Assembly (NCBI GenBank): GCA_963845205.1
Contig: CAWJRC010000002.1
Span: 152,825-216,824, forward strand
DNA from: an uncultured archaeon
GTDB lineage: Archaea; Nanobdellota; Nanobdellia; Pacearchaeales; GW2011-AR1
DNA: 64,000 nt
Direction of reading: 5' to 3'
In this document: one piece after another, positions 27,175-35,973 of the stretch
How the letters are laid out: every line of letters starts with the position of its first letter
How positions within the stretch are numbered: position 1 is the first letter of the stretch
The notes under the pieces: generated by a model
Told to the model about the DNA's origin: nothing
What the model saw: only the letters and a program-made list of their open reading frames with translations
Database searches by the model: none
Translations under genes and position numbers: made by a program

Positions 27175-28872
27175 ATGGATCGCAAAAAGTTAATCGAAAA
27201 ATATCTTGATTTTTTTCAATCGAAAGGGCATAAGGTAATCCCCAGCGCAAGTTTAATTCCAGAAAATGATCCAACAGTTCTTTTCACAACAGCAGGAATG
27301 CACCCTCTTGTTCCTTATCTTCTAAGTCAGCCGCACCCGTTAGGAAAAAGATTATGTAATGTTCAAAAATGTATAAGAACAGGAGATATTGATGAAGTCG
27401 GGGACACAGTGCATCACACTTTTTTTGAAATGCTTGGCAACTGGAGTCTTGGAGACTATTTCAAAAAAGAGGCAATAGAATTCAGCTGCGAATTTCTTAC
27501 AAAAACTTTGGAAATTAAAAAAGATGAATTGTCTGTTACCTGTTTCAAAGGAGAAAAGGAAATTCCTAAGGATGAGGAAGCCGCAAAAATCTGGAAAAGT
27601 ATCGGAATTAAAAAAATAAAATTTCTTCCTAAAGAAAATAATTGGTGGGGTCCTGCAGGAAAAACAGGCCCGTGTGGTCCTGACACAGAAATGTTTGTAA
27701 ACGGAATTGAAATCTGGAATGATGTATTTATGCAGTATAATAAAAATTCAGAGGGAAAGTATATCCCCTTAACCCAAAAAAATGTGGACACAGGAATGGG
27801 TGTTGAAAGAATAGTTGCTATACTAAACAATTTAGATGATAACTATCTAACTGATTGTTTTCTTCCAATAATTGAAGAGATAGAAGAAATTTCAGGGAAA
27901 AAGTATTTATCCGAAAAAAACAAAAAACCGATGAGGATTATAGCAGATCATGTAAAAGCTTCTGTTTTTATTATTGCCGATGGAATCGTACCAAGTAATG
28001 TTGAACAAGGATATGTTCTAAGAAGATTAATTAGAAGAGCTGTGAGATATGGAACAGAATTAGGTATGAAAAATTTTATTTCAAGGGTTGCAAAAGAAGT
28101 ATTTGAAATTTATGGGGATTATCTCGAATTAATAAAAAATAAAAAAATAATTCTTGATGAACTAAAAAAAGAAGAAGAAAAATTCGGACTGACTCTTGAA
28201 AAAGGGATGAAGAAGTTCAAAGAATTTATCACAAATTTAGATAAAGTTCTCTCAGGAAAAGAAGCTTTTTTGTTGTATCAAAGTTATGGATTCCCTATTG
28301 AAATGATTGAAGAAGAATGCAAAAAAGCGAAAATAAAGTTTGATATAGAAGGATTTGCAAAAGAACAATGTATACATCAAGAACTTTCAAGAACAGCAAC
28401 GCAAGGAAAATTTAAGTCGGGACTTGCGGACAACTCGGAAAAAACAACAAGGCTTCATACTGCAACACATTTACTTCTTGCAGCATTAAGAGTTGTTCTT
28501 GATGATAAAAATATAATGCAGAAAGGGAGTAATATAACCTCGGAGAGGCTTAGGGTCGATTTTAATTTTTCAAGGCAATTGACAAAGGAGGAATTAAAAA
28601 AAGTTGAAGATTTAGTAAATGCAGAAATTCAGAAAGAATGTGAGGTAACAAGAATGGAAATGTCCCCCAAAGAAGCAAAGAAAAAAGGAGCAATTGGAGT
28701 TTTTGAAAATAAATACGGCGAAAAAGTTTCAGTTTATTCCGTTGGAAATTTTTCAAAAGAAATTTGTGCAGGCCCGCATGTAAAGAATACTTGTGAGTTG
28801 GGGAAATTTCGAATAACTAAAGAAGAATCTTCTTCTGCGGGTGTAAGAAGGATTAAAGCGATTGTGGAATAA
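27175..28872 (+). CDS. alaS: Alanyl-tRNA synthetase, bacterial-type, truncated (no C-Ala domain)
   Basis: FFQSKGHKVIPSASLIP.NDPTVLFTTAGM, HHTFFEMLGNWSLGDYFK and DTGMGVERI. Editing motifs HTATHLL and CAGPHV. Only 565 aa. Confidence 0.9.
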   Translation: MDRKKLIEKYLDFFQSKGHKVIPSASLIPENDPTVLFTTAGMHPLVPYLLSQPHPLGKRLCNVQKCIRTGDIDEVGDTVHHTFFEMLGNWSLGDYFKKEAIEFSCEFLTKTLEIKKDELSVTCFKGEKEIPKDEEAAKIWKSIGIKKIKFLPKENNWWGPAGKTGPCGPDTEMFVNGIEIWNDVFMQYNKNSEGKYIPLTQKNVDTGMGVERIVAILNNLDDNYLTDCFLPIIEEIEEISGKKYLSEKNKKPMRIIADHVKASVFIIADGIVPSNVEQGYVLRRLIRRAVRYGTELGMKNFISRVAKEVFEIYGDYLELIKNKKIILDELKKEEEKFGLTLEKGMKKFKEFITNLDKVLSGKEAFLLYQSYGFPIEMIEEECKKAKIKFDIEGFAKEQCIHQELSRTATQGKFKSGLADNSEKTTRLHTATHLLLAALRVVLDDKNIMQKGSNITSERLRVDFNFSRQLTKEELKKVEDLVNAEIQKECEVTRMEMSPKEAKKKGAIGVFENKYGEKVSVYSVGNFSKEICAGPHVKNTCELGKFRITKEESSSAGVRRIKAIVE

Positions 28873-28912
28873 TCCTTATTTTGTAATAATTTACTAAATT
28901 TAGATCTATGTC

Positions 28913-29944
28913 TCAAAATTGATAATCTGGGAAAGTCTGTAGTCCATACCGCGTTTTTATTTCTTGATACTGAAGATATTGGATGAAATTTATTGTTCCC
29001 TCTTTTTGTGAGGCTTCCCTGATCTCTTGAAGTGTTTTGGCATCTCTATATTCAACTAAATCATTTCCCAACGAAATTCCGGAGGAAATATTTACTATAT
29101 AAGGAGCTGAGGTAAGACTTATTCCTCCGACATATTCATTTTTGTCATCAGTGATTATTGATGGTCCTGTTGTTTCAACAAAACAATAGCTTGAATTTGG
29201 GATACTTTCTGTTGGTGGGCATTTTATTCCAACTGCTGCGTGATTTTCTGGAGCATAATAAAGGAAAGCTGCATCATATCCTATTTTCTGGAGCAAAAAT
29301 ACTAGCAGTTCTGATTTTTCGTTACAATCTCCTTCCATGTCATAAAGAACTTCATAAGGATATCTTTGATAGGGAATCTCTATATCCCCTATATTAACCG
29401 TTTTAGTTGAATTTCCAAAAGGAATATTCTGAACTATGCTAATTGCAATTCTGGCCTGATCTTCTTTTGTTGTAGCGGAATTTTCTATAGCAATAACGAG
29501 GGGCAATAAGAACTCTCTTTGTTCTTTATCATCTATTGTTGCCTGTTCAAATTTTAGAAGAGTCGGATCATCGCTTACATTGATATAACGGGGCAACATT
29601 GAAGTATAATTGTATAATCCTTGATAGACTGTGAAATTAATTTCCCCCTCTTTACCCATAAAAGTATAATTTAAAGTGATATTTTTGGGAGCAATTTGAT
29701 AAACAGATAAACATAGATCATTACTGATTTCTGAAGAATTTAAACAACCACATACCGATGCCTTTTCAATTAAAGTACCGTTTATACAAAGGTAAGGTTT
29801 TATATTTGAACATCCGCCTTCAATTGTTCCATCATTGCAATTGGGAGTGTTATTATTAAAGAAAATGAAATAAGCAGGAATTAAAAGAACTAAAACCAAA
29901 ATTATATAGACTACTATTTTTTCAATCTGCCCCTCTTTAATCAT
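28913..29944 (-). CDS. Membrane-anchored transglutaminase-like protein, Cys-rich stalk, many N-x-S/T sequons
   Basis: N-terminal TM segment, a Cys cluster (CNDGTIEGGCSNIKPYLCINGT..CGC), and a core GDCNEKSELLVFLLQKIGYDAAF...NHAAVGIKC. tttttata box 29 nt upstream. Confidence 0.55.
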   Translation of the reverse strand: MIKEGQIEKIVVYIILVLVLLIPAYFIFFNNNTPNCNDGTIEGGCSNIKPYLCINGTLIEKASVCGCLNSSEISNDLCLSVYQIAPKNITLNYTFMGKEGEINFTVYQGLYNYTSMLPRYINVSDDPTLLKFEQATIDDKEQREFLLPLVIAIENSATTKEDQARIAISIVQNIPFGNSTKTVNIGDIEIPYQRYPYEVLYDMEGDCNEKSELLVFLLQKIGYDAAFLYYAPENHAAVGIKCPPTESIPNSSYCFVETTGPSIITDDKNEYVGGISLTSAPYIVNISSGISLGNDLVEYRDAKTLQEIREASQKEGTINFIQYLQYQEIKTRYGLQTFPDYQF

Positions 29945-29978
29945 TAATGAGATTAGAATGGAAATTATAAAAACTTAA

Positions 29979-30596
29979 CTATCTAAATCTTTTATAATCT
30001 TTATAGGTGTAATTTTTTTCATTGAAAGCGTCATAATTCATATGAACTGCTTCATTACCATTAAATACTGGTTTTTTTCCGTAAAAAGCAATTCCATAAT
30101 TGACTAACTTTTTTTTCCTTCCGTTTATAATCATTAGGTCTCTCCATCTATCTTCAAACTCACTAAAAGTAAGATATGTCCTTACAAAACATGAAGGATC
30201 TTCAAAATAAATTCTTTCTTTGTCAAATCCGATCGGGACAACATAATGTCCGTCATTCCATTCTTTCTGCCAGTCCTTTATATTTTTTTTCCATGCGGGA
30301 ATTCCCAAAAGTCCTTTCCATGCTTGAATTAGGATTATAACTGGAATTTTCTTTTTAATATACTTTTTTATCAAAGGAAGATTCATTTCCCCATCTTTAT
30401 ATTTTAATCCGAATTTCTTTGCTACCTTTTTTAATCCTGCAGGAGAAGTGCCTATTTTCCTATTTGTTCCTGCAATTTTCATCACAGTTTGTTCATTTAT
30501 ATCAATCCCATAATACATCAAAACTCCCTGCATTGCAATTGCTCCGCAGTCATAATAATGATTTTGTCTCAATTCGGGAAACACCATCTTTTTCAT
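29979..30596 (-). CDS. Peptidase C39-like cysteine peptidase domain protein
   Basis: NHYYDCGAIAMQGVLMYYGI (catalytic Cys context) and GHYVVPIGFD (His). Start moved to ATG 30596; the track ORF runs to 30728 and overlaps the leuS 3' end. Confidence 0.55.
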   Translation of the reverse strand: MKKMVFPELRQNHYYDCGAIAMQGVLMYYGIDINEQTVMKIAGTNRKIGTSPAGLKKVAKKFGLKYKDGEMNLPLIKKYIKKKIPVIILIQAWKGLLGIPAWKKNIKDWQKEWNDGHYVVPIGFDKERIYFEDPSCFVRTYLTFSEFEDRWRDLMIINGRKKKLVNYGIAFYGKKPVFNGNEAVHMNYDAFNEKNYTYKDYKRFR

Positions 30597-30627
30597 TTTT
30601 AATATTTGGAAAAATAAGTTTATTAAT

Positions 30628-33084
30628 TTATTCGAGATAAATTGCCGGTCTTTCAGGTTTAGCCTTCTTTGATTTGTTTTCAGGATCATGTTTATTCTTA
30701 TCGTTAACTGCATAGATAAAAACTTCAAGATTTGTTTTCTTTTTTATCATTTCCATGGCATCTCGATAGATATCTTTTTCTTTAGGAATTGTATAAACAA
30801 AAACCTTTTTCTTTTCGCCTAAAATCTTAAGAACATTATTTATGTCCTCTGTAAGCGATTCAATTGCTTTCTCTTGTTTTTCCAGTTTATCCTCGATTTT
30901 TGATTCATCTATCTCTGGCCATTTTTCAATACTGACAAATTTTTTATTACCCATCTTTTCCCAAAGTTCTTCGGCAATATGCGGACAAAAAAGAGAAATT
31001 AATTTTATCAATATTTCATAATCCTCCCTTGAGATTTTCTCTTTGTTTGAAAGGTAATTAATGAATTCTATAATTGCAATTATCGCCTTGGGATATTCAA
31101 AAGTTTCTATATTTTCGGTTACTTTTTTTATTGCTAAATTATATTTATGCATGTCCATTTTGCTAGTTTTAATTTTCCCAATTTTGTCATACAAAGAGAT
31201 AATTCTATTTATAATTCTAAAAGAACCCTCTATTCCTTCATCATTCCATTCCATCTGCTTTTCGGGGGATGCAACAAACATCAAAAATAATCTTGCAGTA
31301 TCTATACCATACTTTTTTGCTATTTCATCTTGAGTTACTATATTGCCTTTGCTTTTGCTCATTTTTGCTCCATCTTTGTAAACAATTCCCTGATTGAGCA
31401 AATTTGTAAATGGTTCATCAAAATTCAAAAATCCCAGATCTCTCAGAGCCTTTGTAAAAAATCTTGAATACATGAGATGACCTACGGCATGTTCTATTCC
31501 TCCGATATATTGATCAACAGGCATCCAATATTCCACCTTTTCTTTATCAAAAGCAAATTTATTATTTTTAGGATCACAGTATCTTAAGAAATACCATGAA
31601 GAATCAACAAATCCTCCCATTGTGTCTGTTTCCCTTCTTCCCTTTCCGCCACATTTCGGGCATTTTACATTTTGAAATTTTTTGCTTGATAAAATTGGAT
31701 TTGTATTACTTCCAAATTTAATATCATCGGGGAGCAAAACAGGCAAATCTTTTTCAGGCACAGGAACAACTCCGCATTTGTCACAATAAATTATTGGAAT
31801 AGGAGTTCCCCAAAATCTTTGCCTTGAAATGAGCCAGTCTCTCAATTTGTAGTTAACAACCCTTTTTCCTAATCTCTTTGATTCAAGAAAATCTGTGACA
31901 TGCTCTTTGGCTTCTTCATTAAATAATCCATTAAAATCTTCCGAGTTAATCAATTTCCCCCCTTCGGTATATGCTTCTGACATTTTTGTAGGATTTAAAT
32001 CAAAATCTTCAGGCTGAATCACGATTTTCATTTTTATTTTATATTTTTTCGCAAATTCAAAATCTCTTTGATCATGGCTAGGAACAGCCATAACCATTCC
32101 ACTTCCGTAATCAGCAACCACAAAATTTCCAGCGTAAACAGGAACTTTTTCTTTAGTCATAGGATTAACTGCATAACTTCCTGTAAAGACCCCTTCTTTT
32201 TCTAATTCTTCCAAATCTTTTTTTGAACCTGATTTAATTTTTTTAATAAATTTTTCAATATCTTTCTTCTGCCCTTTTGTTACAAGTTCCATTAATCTTG
32301 GATGGTGCGCTGATATTACCATAAAGGTCACTCCAAAAATAGTATCGGGACGCGTTGTGAATATCGGCCATTTTTCTCCATTAATCTCAAACAGTATTTC
32401 TGTCCCAAGGGATTTTCCTATCCAGTTTCTTTGCATCGTCTTTAATCTCTCGCTCCAGTTAATGTCATCCAGTCCGTTAAGAAGTTCATCTGCATAAGAA
32501 GTTATCTTAAAAAACCATTGTTCTAAATCTTTAGTAACAACTTCCGTTTCACATCTCCAGCATTTTCCATTTTCAACTTCTTCATCAGCAAGAACAGTTG
32601 TGCATTTAGGGCACCAATTAACTGGAGATTTTTTTCTATACGCAAGTCCTTTTTCAAAGAATTTTATAAAAAAATATTGATTCCATTTAAAATACTCCGG
32701 AGTGTGTGTTGAAATAATTCTACTCCAATCATAACTATTTCCCAATTTCTTTTGGTATTCCATTATTTGTTTTATAGCCTTTTCAGTATATTCTTTTGGA
32801 TTTATTCCTTCTTTTTTCGAAGCATTTTCAGCAGGAAGTCCGAAAGAATCATACCCCATGGGATAAAGAACATTGAACCCATTCATTCTTTTATATCTTG
32901 CAAAAACATCCCCAATTGTATAATTTCTTACATGACCCATATGCAGAAAACTTGCAGAAGGATAGGGGAACATTTCAAGAACATAGAATTTTTTCTTTTT
33001 TCCGTCTTTAACTTCAAAGATTTTTTCCTTCTCCCATCTTGTCTGCCATTTTTTTTCTATCTTTGAGAAATTAAATTCTACCAT
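30628..33084 (-). CDS. leuS: Leucyl-tRNA synthetase, bacterial-type
   Basis: [50 protein letters not shown], DWSR and KMSKSKGN. 818 aa. Confidence 0.93.
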   Translation of the reverse strand: [818 protein letters not shown]

Positions 33085-33106
33085 AAAAAAGTTAGGGATA
33101 ATAAAC

Positions 33107-33116
33107 TTTTAAATAT
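33107..33116. promoter_or_regulatory. Palindromic TATA-like box (tttaaa core) shared by leuS and endA
   Basis: Core centre 33110.5. Midpoint of minus ATG 33084 and plus ATG 33136 is 33110. Confidence 0.5.
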
Positions 33117-33135
33117 TACTTGTCTTTTAAGATAT

Positions 33136-33654
33136 ATGGAAAAGATAAAAGCTTATATTACTGGAGAAATAGTTTCAAGTGCAGATTCAAATGCGTTCTC
33201 TCTTTATGAAAAAAGTCATTTTGGAGAAATGAAAGAGGATAAAATTCAATACTCTATTGCAGAAGCTATGTTTCTTATTAAAAGAGATAAAATGGAAATT
33301 TTTTCGAAAAATAAAAAATTGACAAAAAAGGATTTTATGAGCAAATGTGAAAAGATTGATAAAAAAATTCAAATAAAATATCCTGTCTTTAATGATTTGC
33401 GTGAAAGAGGATATGTTGTAAAAACAGCCTTAAAATTTGGGGCTGATTTCAGGGTTTATGAAAAAGGGGCTAATCCCGGAGAAAAACATGCCAAATGGAT
33501 TGTATTTGCAGAACATGAATCAAGTAGACTAACATGGCATGAATTTTCAGCAAAAAATAGAGTAGCTCATTCCACTAAAAAGAATTTGCTTTTGGCAATT
33601 GTGGATGAGGAAGGAGACATAAGCTATTATGAAGTAAAATGGCTTAAACCATAG
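33136..33654 (+). CDS. endA: tRNA-splicing endonuclease
   Basis: RGYVVKTALKFGADFRVYEKG...HAKWIVF and an LLLAIVD..YYEVKW C-terminus. 172 aa, the size of the homotetramer type. Confidence 0.85.
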   Translation: MEKIKAYITGEIVSSADSNAFSLYEKSHFGEMKEDKIQYSIAEAMFLIKRDKMEIFSKNKKLTKKDFMSKCEKIDKKIQIKYPVFNDLRERGYVVKTALKFGADFRVYEKGANPGEKHAKWIVFAEHESSRLTWHEFSAKNRVAHSTKKNLLLAIVDEEGDISYYEVKWLKP

Positions 33655-33713
33655 CATTTCTAATATCCTTTTTGTATAACAAATTTTATTAATCATTTTA
33701 ATCTTTTTTATTC

Positions 33714-34643
33714 ATGTCACAAGATGCTATGCAAACAAGAGAGAAAATAATCTCTTTTATCAAATTAAAAGGGCCGAGTCTTCCTGTTCAGATTGCAAAA
33801 GAGACAGGATTAAGTATTTTATTCGCATCAGCATTTCTTTCTGAGCTTTATGGTGAAAAAGAAATTAAAATGAGCAATATTAAGGTAGGAAGTTCTTCAT
33901 TATATTTTATTTCTGGTCAAGAGCCTCAGCTTGAAAATTTTTTTAACTTTCTTAAAAACAAAGAAAAGGAAGCATTTCTCCTTCTAAAGGAAAAAAAGAT
34001 TCTGAAAGACTCAGAATTACAGCCTGCAATTAGAGTTGCTTTAAGAGAAATAAAAGATTTTGCTGTTCCATTTGAAAAGAATAATGAAATCTTTTGGAGA
34101 TATTTCTTGATTCCAGAATCACCTGAGATAGAAGTAATTAGAGTTGAAGAAGTTCAAGCAGAAAAAGAGGAACAGATTAATGAAGAAAAGGGTTTGATTG
34201 AAGTATTGCCAGAAAAAATACTTTTAGAAAGTTACAAGGAGGAAGATACAAAAGAAATCATTCAAGAAATTCCAAAGAAAGAAAAAATAAAAAAACCAAG
34301 ACAAGAAAACAAAATTAAAAAACAAACTAAAGGTAAAAAGAAAGATGAGAACTTTTTTAATAAAATAAAAGAATTTTTAGCAAAGAAGGGAATCGAAATT
34401 CTTGATATAAGAGATTTCAAAAATGATGAAGCAATTCTTAAAGTTAAGAAAGAAAAGAAAGAGGAATTATTTTTTGTATTTAACAAAAAGAAGATTACAG
34501 AAAAAGAAATACTTAAATCAGCTAAAAAAGCAGCTGAAGAAAAAATGTTTTATAGTATTTTATCCTTAGGAGAGACCCCTAAAAAATTAGAAGACCTAAT
34601 TTCTGCTTTGAAAAACCTTTCTGAAATAGAGAAAATTGAATAA
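33714..34643 (+). CDS. Winged-helix-like protein with a long Lys/Glu-rich region
   Basis: N-terminal IISFIKLKGPSLPVQIAKETGLSILFASAFLSELYGEKEI resembles a wHTH. Family not recognised. Confidence 0.4.
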   Translation: MSQDAMQTREKIISFIKLKGPSLPVQIAKETGLSILFASAFLSELYGEKEIKMSNIKVGSSSLYFISGQEPQLENFFNFLKNKEKEAFLLLKEKKILKDSELQPAIRVALREIKDFAVPFEKNNEIFWRYFLIPESPEIEVIRVEEVQAEKEEQINEEKGLIEVLPEKILLESYKEEDTKEIIQEIPKKEKIKKPRQENKIKKQTKGKKKDENFFNKIKEFLAKKGIEILDIRDFKNDEAILKVKKEKKEELFFVFNKKKITEKEILKSAKKAAEEKMFYSILSLGETPKKLEDLISALKNLSEIEKIE

Positions 34644-34684
34644 AAGCTAAACTAAGAAAAACACTTAGAAATTTTTTAAAAAAA

Positions 34685-34858
34685 TTAAATGTCTAATGGG
34701 TCATGATACTTGAACCATTCATCCCATTCATCCAATTCAGATTTTTCATGATAACTTTCTTGTAAGGAATAATTTTTATTAACAATTGGTTTTATTCCCT
34801 TCTCATCTGTACCCGGGTTTTCTTTCAAGTTATCCTGCAACATTACTTCTATTACCAT
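34685..34858 (-). CDS. Small acidic 57-aa protein
   Basis: Below the track cutoff. Translates to MVIEVMLQDNLKENPGTDEKGIKPIVNKNYSLQESYHEKSELDEWDEWFKYHDPLDI. Same ggaggaaaaatg initiation context as the ORF at 276. Confidence 0.4.
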   Translation of the reverse strand: MVIEVMLQDNLKENPGTDEKGIKPIVNKNYSLQESYHEKSELDEWDEWFKYHDPLDI

Positions 34859-35091
34859 TTTTCCTCCATGTTATTTAATTGCCAGAACTAATAGTAGGAC
34901 TTCAATCCAACACCAACATAACATAACATAAAAGAATCAAAGCCCTAAAACAGTTTAGTTCAAGAGCTTAATAGACACAGCTAGAACTGAACAATTCAAA
35001 CACGAAACTGACATTCTAATCTGTCTATTCATTAAAAAAGGAATACATTGAAATTTATATATTTTGCGTTTATAACTCCGAAAAAGAAACC

Positions 35092-35099
35092 TTTAAATA
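35092..35099 (+). promoter_or_regulatory. TATA box (tttaaata) for eS17
   Basis: 29 nt upstream of ATG 35121. Confidence 0.5.
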
Positions 35100-35120
35100 A
35101 CTAAAAAAAGAAAAAGTTAT

Positions 35121-35318
35121 ATGGGAAAAATAAAATCCAAGCTTGTAAGACGAGCGGCACGAAATCTATCAAATGAAGGAGTTCCGTTTAGCAACGATTT
35201 TGAAAAGAATAAAAAAATATTGGTGGGTTTGGTCATAAGTAAAAAATTAAGGAACCAAATGGCAGGTTTAACTGCAAAAACTAGAAAGAGAGAAATTGCA
35301 AAGACAAATTCTGTATAA
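35121..35318 (+). CDS. rps17e: Ribosomal protein eS17 (S17e)
   Basis: MGKIKSKLVRRAARNL...FEKNKK...SKKLRNQMAGL matches the archaeal S17e pattern and size. Confidence 0.85.
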   Translation: MGKIKSKLVRRAARNLSNEGVPFSNDFEKNKKILVGLVISKKLRNQMAGLTAKTRKREIAKTNSV

Positions 35319-35372
35319 ACTCATTATTTTAATAGCACAAAGGCTTTTAAATTATTTTTTTCTTGTAATCTC

Positions 35373-35444
35373 GGCTCTGTAGCTCAGTGTCAGAGCGCTG
35401 CTCTCATGAGGCGGAGGTCGGGAGTTAAATTCTCCCCAGAGCCA
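35373..35444 (+). tRNA. tRNA with CAT anticodon (elongator Met or Ile2), atypical elbow
   Basis: Acceptor GGCTCTG/CAGAGCC, D arm GCTC-AGTGTCA-GAGC, anticodon arm CTGCT-CTCATGA-GGCGG, T arm GGGAG-TTAAATT-CTCCC. 72 nt. Confidence 0.8.
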
Positions 35445-35446
35445 TT

Positions 35447-35803
35447 TTATAAGATATTGTTTGAATTTAGTCCGTCTCCCCTTTTCCTCGGCAAAATGTG
35501 CAGATGGAAATGTTTTATGATCTGTCCAGCTACTTCAAAATTATTATTGATAATATTAACACCCTGAGCATTATACTTCTTCATTAAAATTACAGAAGTA
35601 TTTTTTATGCAGTCTAAAAGTTCCTTTCCGGTAATTGAGGGCAAATCAAGAATATTTTCAAAATGTTTTTTTGAAATAACTAAGCTATGCCCTTCAATTT
35701 TTGGGTTTACATCCGGAATAGAAAAGAAATTTGAATTTTCATAAACTCTAATTACAGGGATTTCTCCATTCACAATCTTGCAAAAAATACAATCTTCTTC
35801 CAT
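35447..35803 (-). CDS. HIT-family (histidine triad) nucleotide hydrolase
   Basis: HFHLHILP histidine triad and CIFCKI N-terminus. Confidence 0.88.
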   Translation of the reverse strand: MEEDCIFCKIVNGEIPVIRVYENSNFFSIPDVNPKIEGHSLVISKKHFENILDLPSITGKELLDCIKNTSVILMKKYNAQGVNIINNNFEVAGQIIKHFHLHILPRKRGDGLNSNNIL

Positions 35804-35889
35804 AAGTTTGCGGAAAGCTTAAAATAAAAAACAATAAAATAAAAGATAATTGAACTGCTGAATTTTTTGGATTCAGATAAGAAAAGAAA

Positions 35890-35973
35890 TTATCTTCTTT
35901 TCTTTTTAGTTGTCTTCTTAGCAGTTTTTTTTACCTTTCTTGTTGTTTTTTTAGCCTTTTTTTTAGCTGCCAT
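35890..35973 (-). CDS. Candidate 27-aa poly-basic micro-protein
   Basis: MAAKKKAKKTTRKVKKTAKKTTKKKRR, preceded by gaggtgaaaaatg and followed by the hairpin ctgaat-N7-attcag (35858..35876). Could be a chance ORF in A-rich DNA. Confidence 0.25.
   Translation of the reverse strand: MAAKKKAKKTTRKVKKTAKKTTKKKRR

Noticed and set aside
30597-30728. N-terminal 44-aa extension of the C39-like ORF overlapping the leuS 3' end by about 100 nt.
   Set aside because: The extension has no conserved features. ATG 30596 begins just before the catalytic Cys region and leaves a normal 31-nt spacer after the leuS stop.
34860-35120. 260-nt spacer upstream of eS17 with weak inverted repeats (aatagaca ... tgtctatt), examined for a tRNA, C/D-box or other ncRNA.
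   Set aside because: No cloverleaf and no RUGAUGA/CUGA box pair at sensible spacing. The stems are short with long loops. Not supportable by eye.
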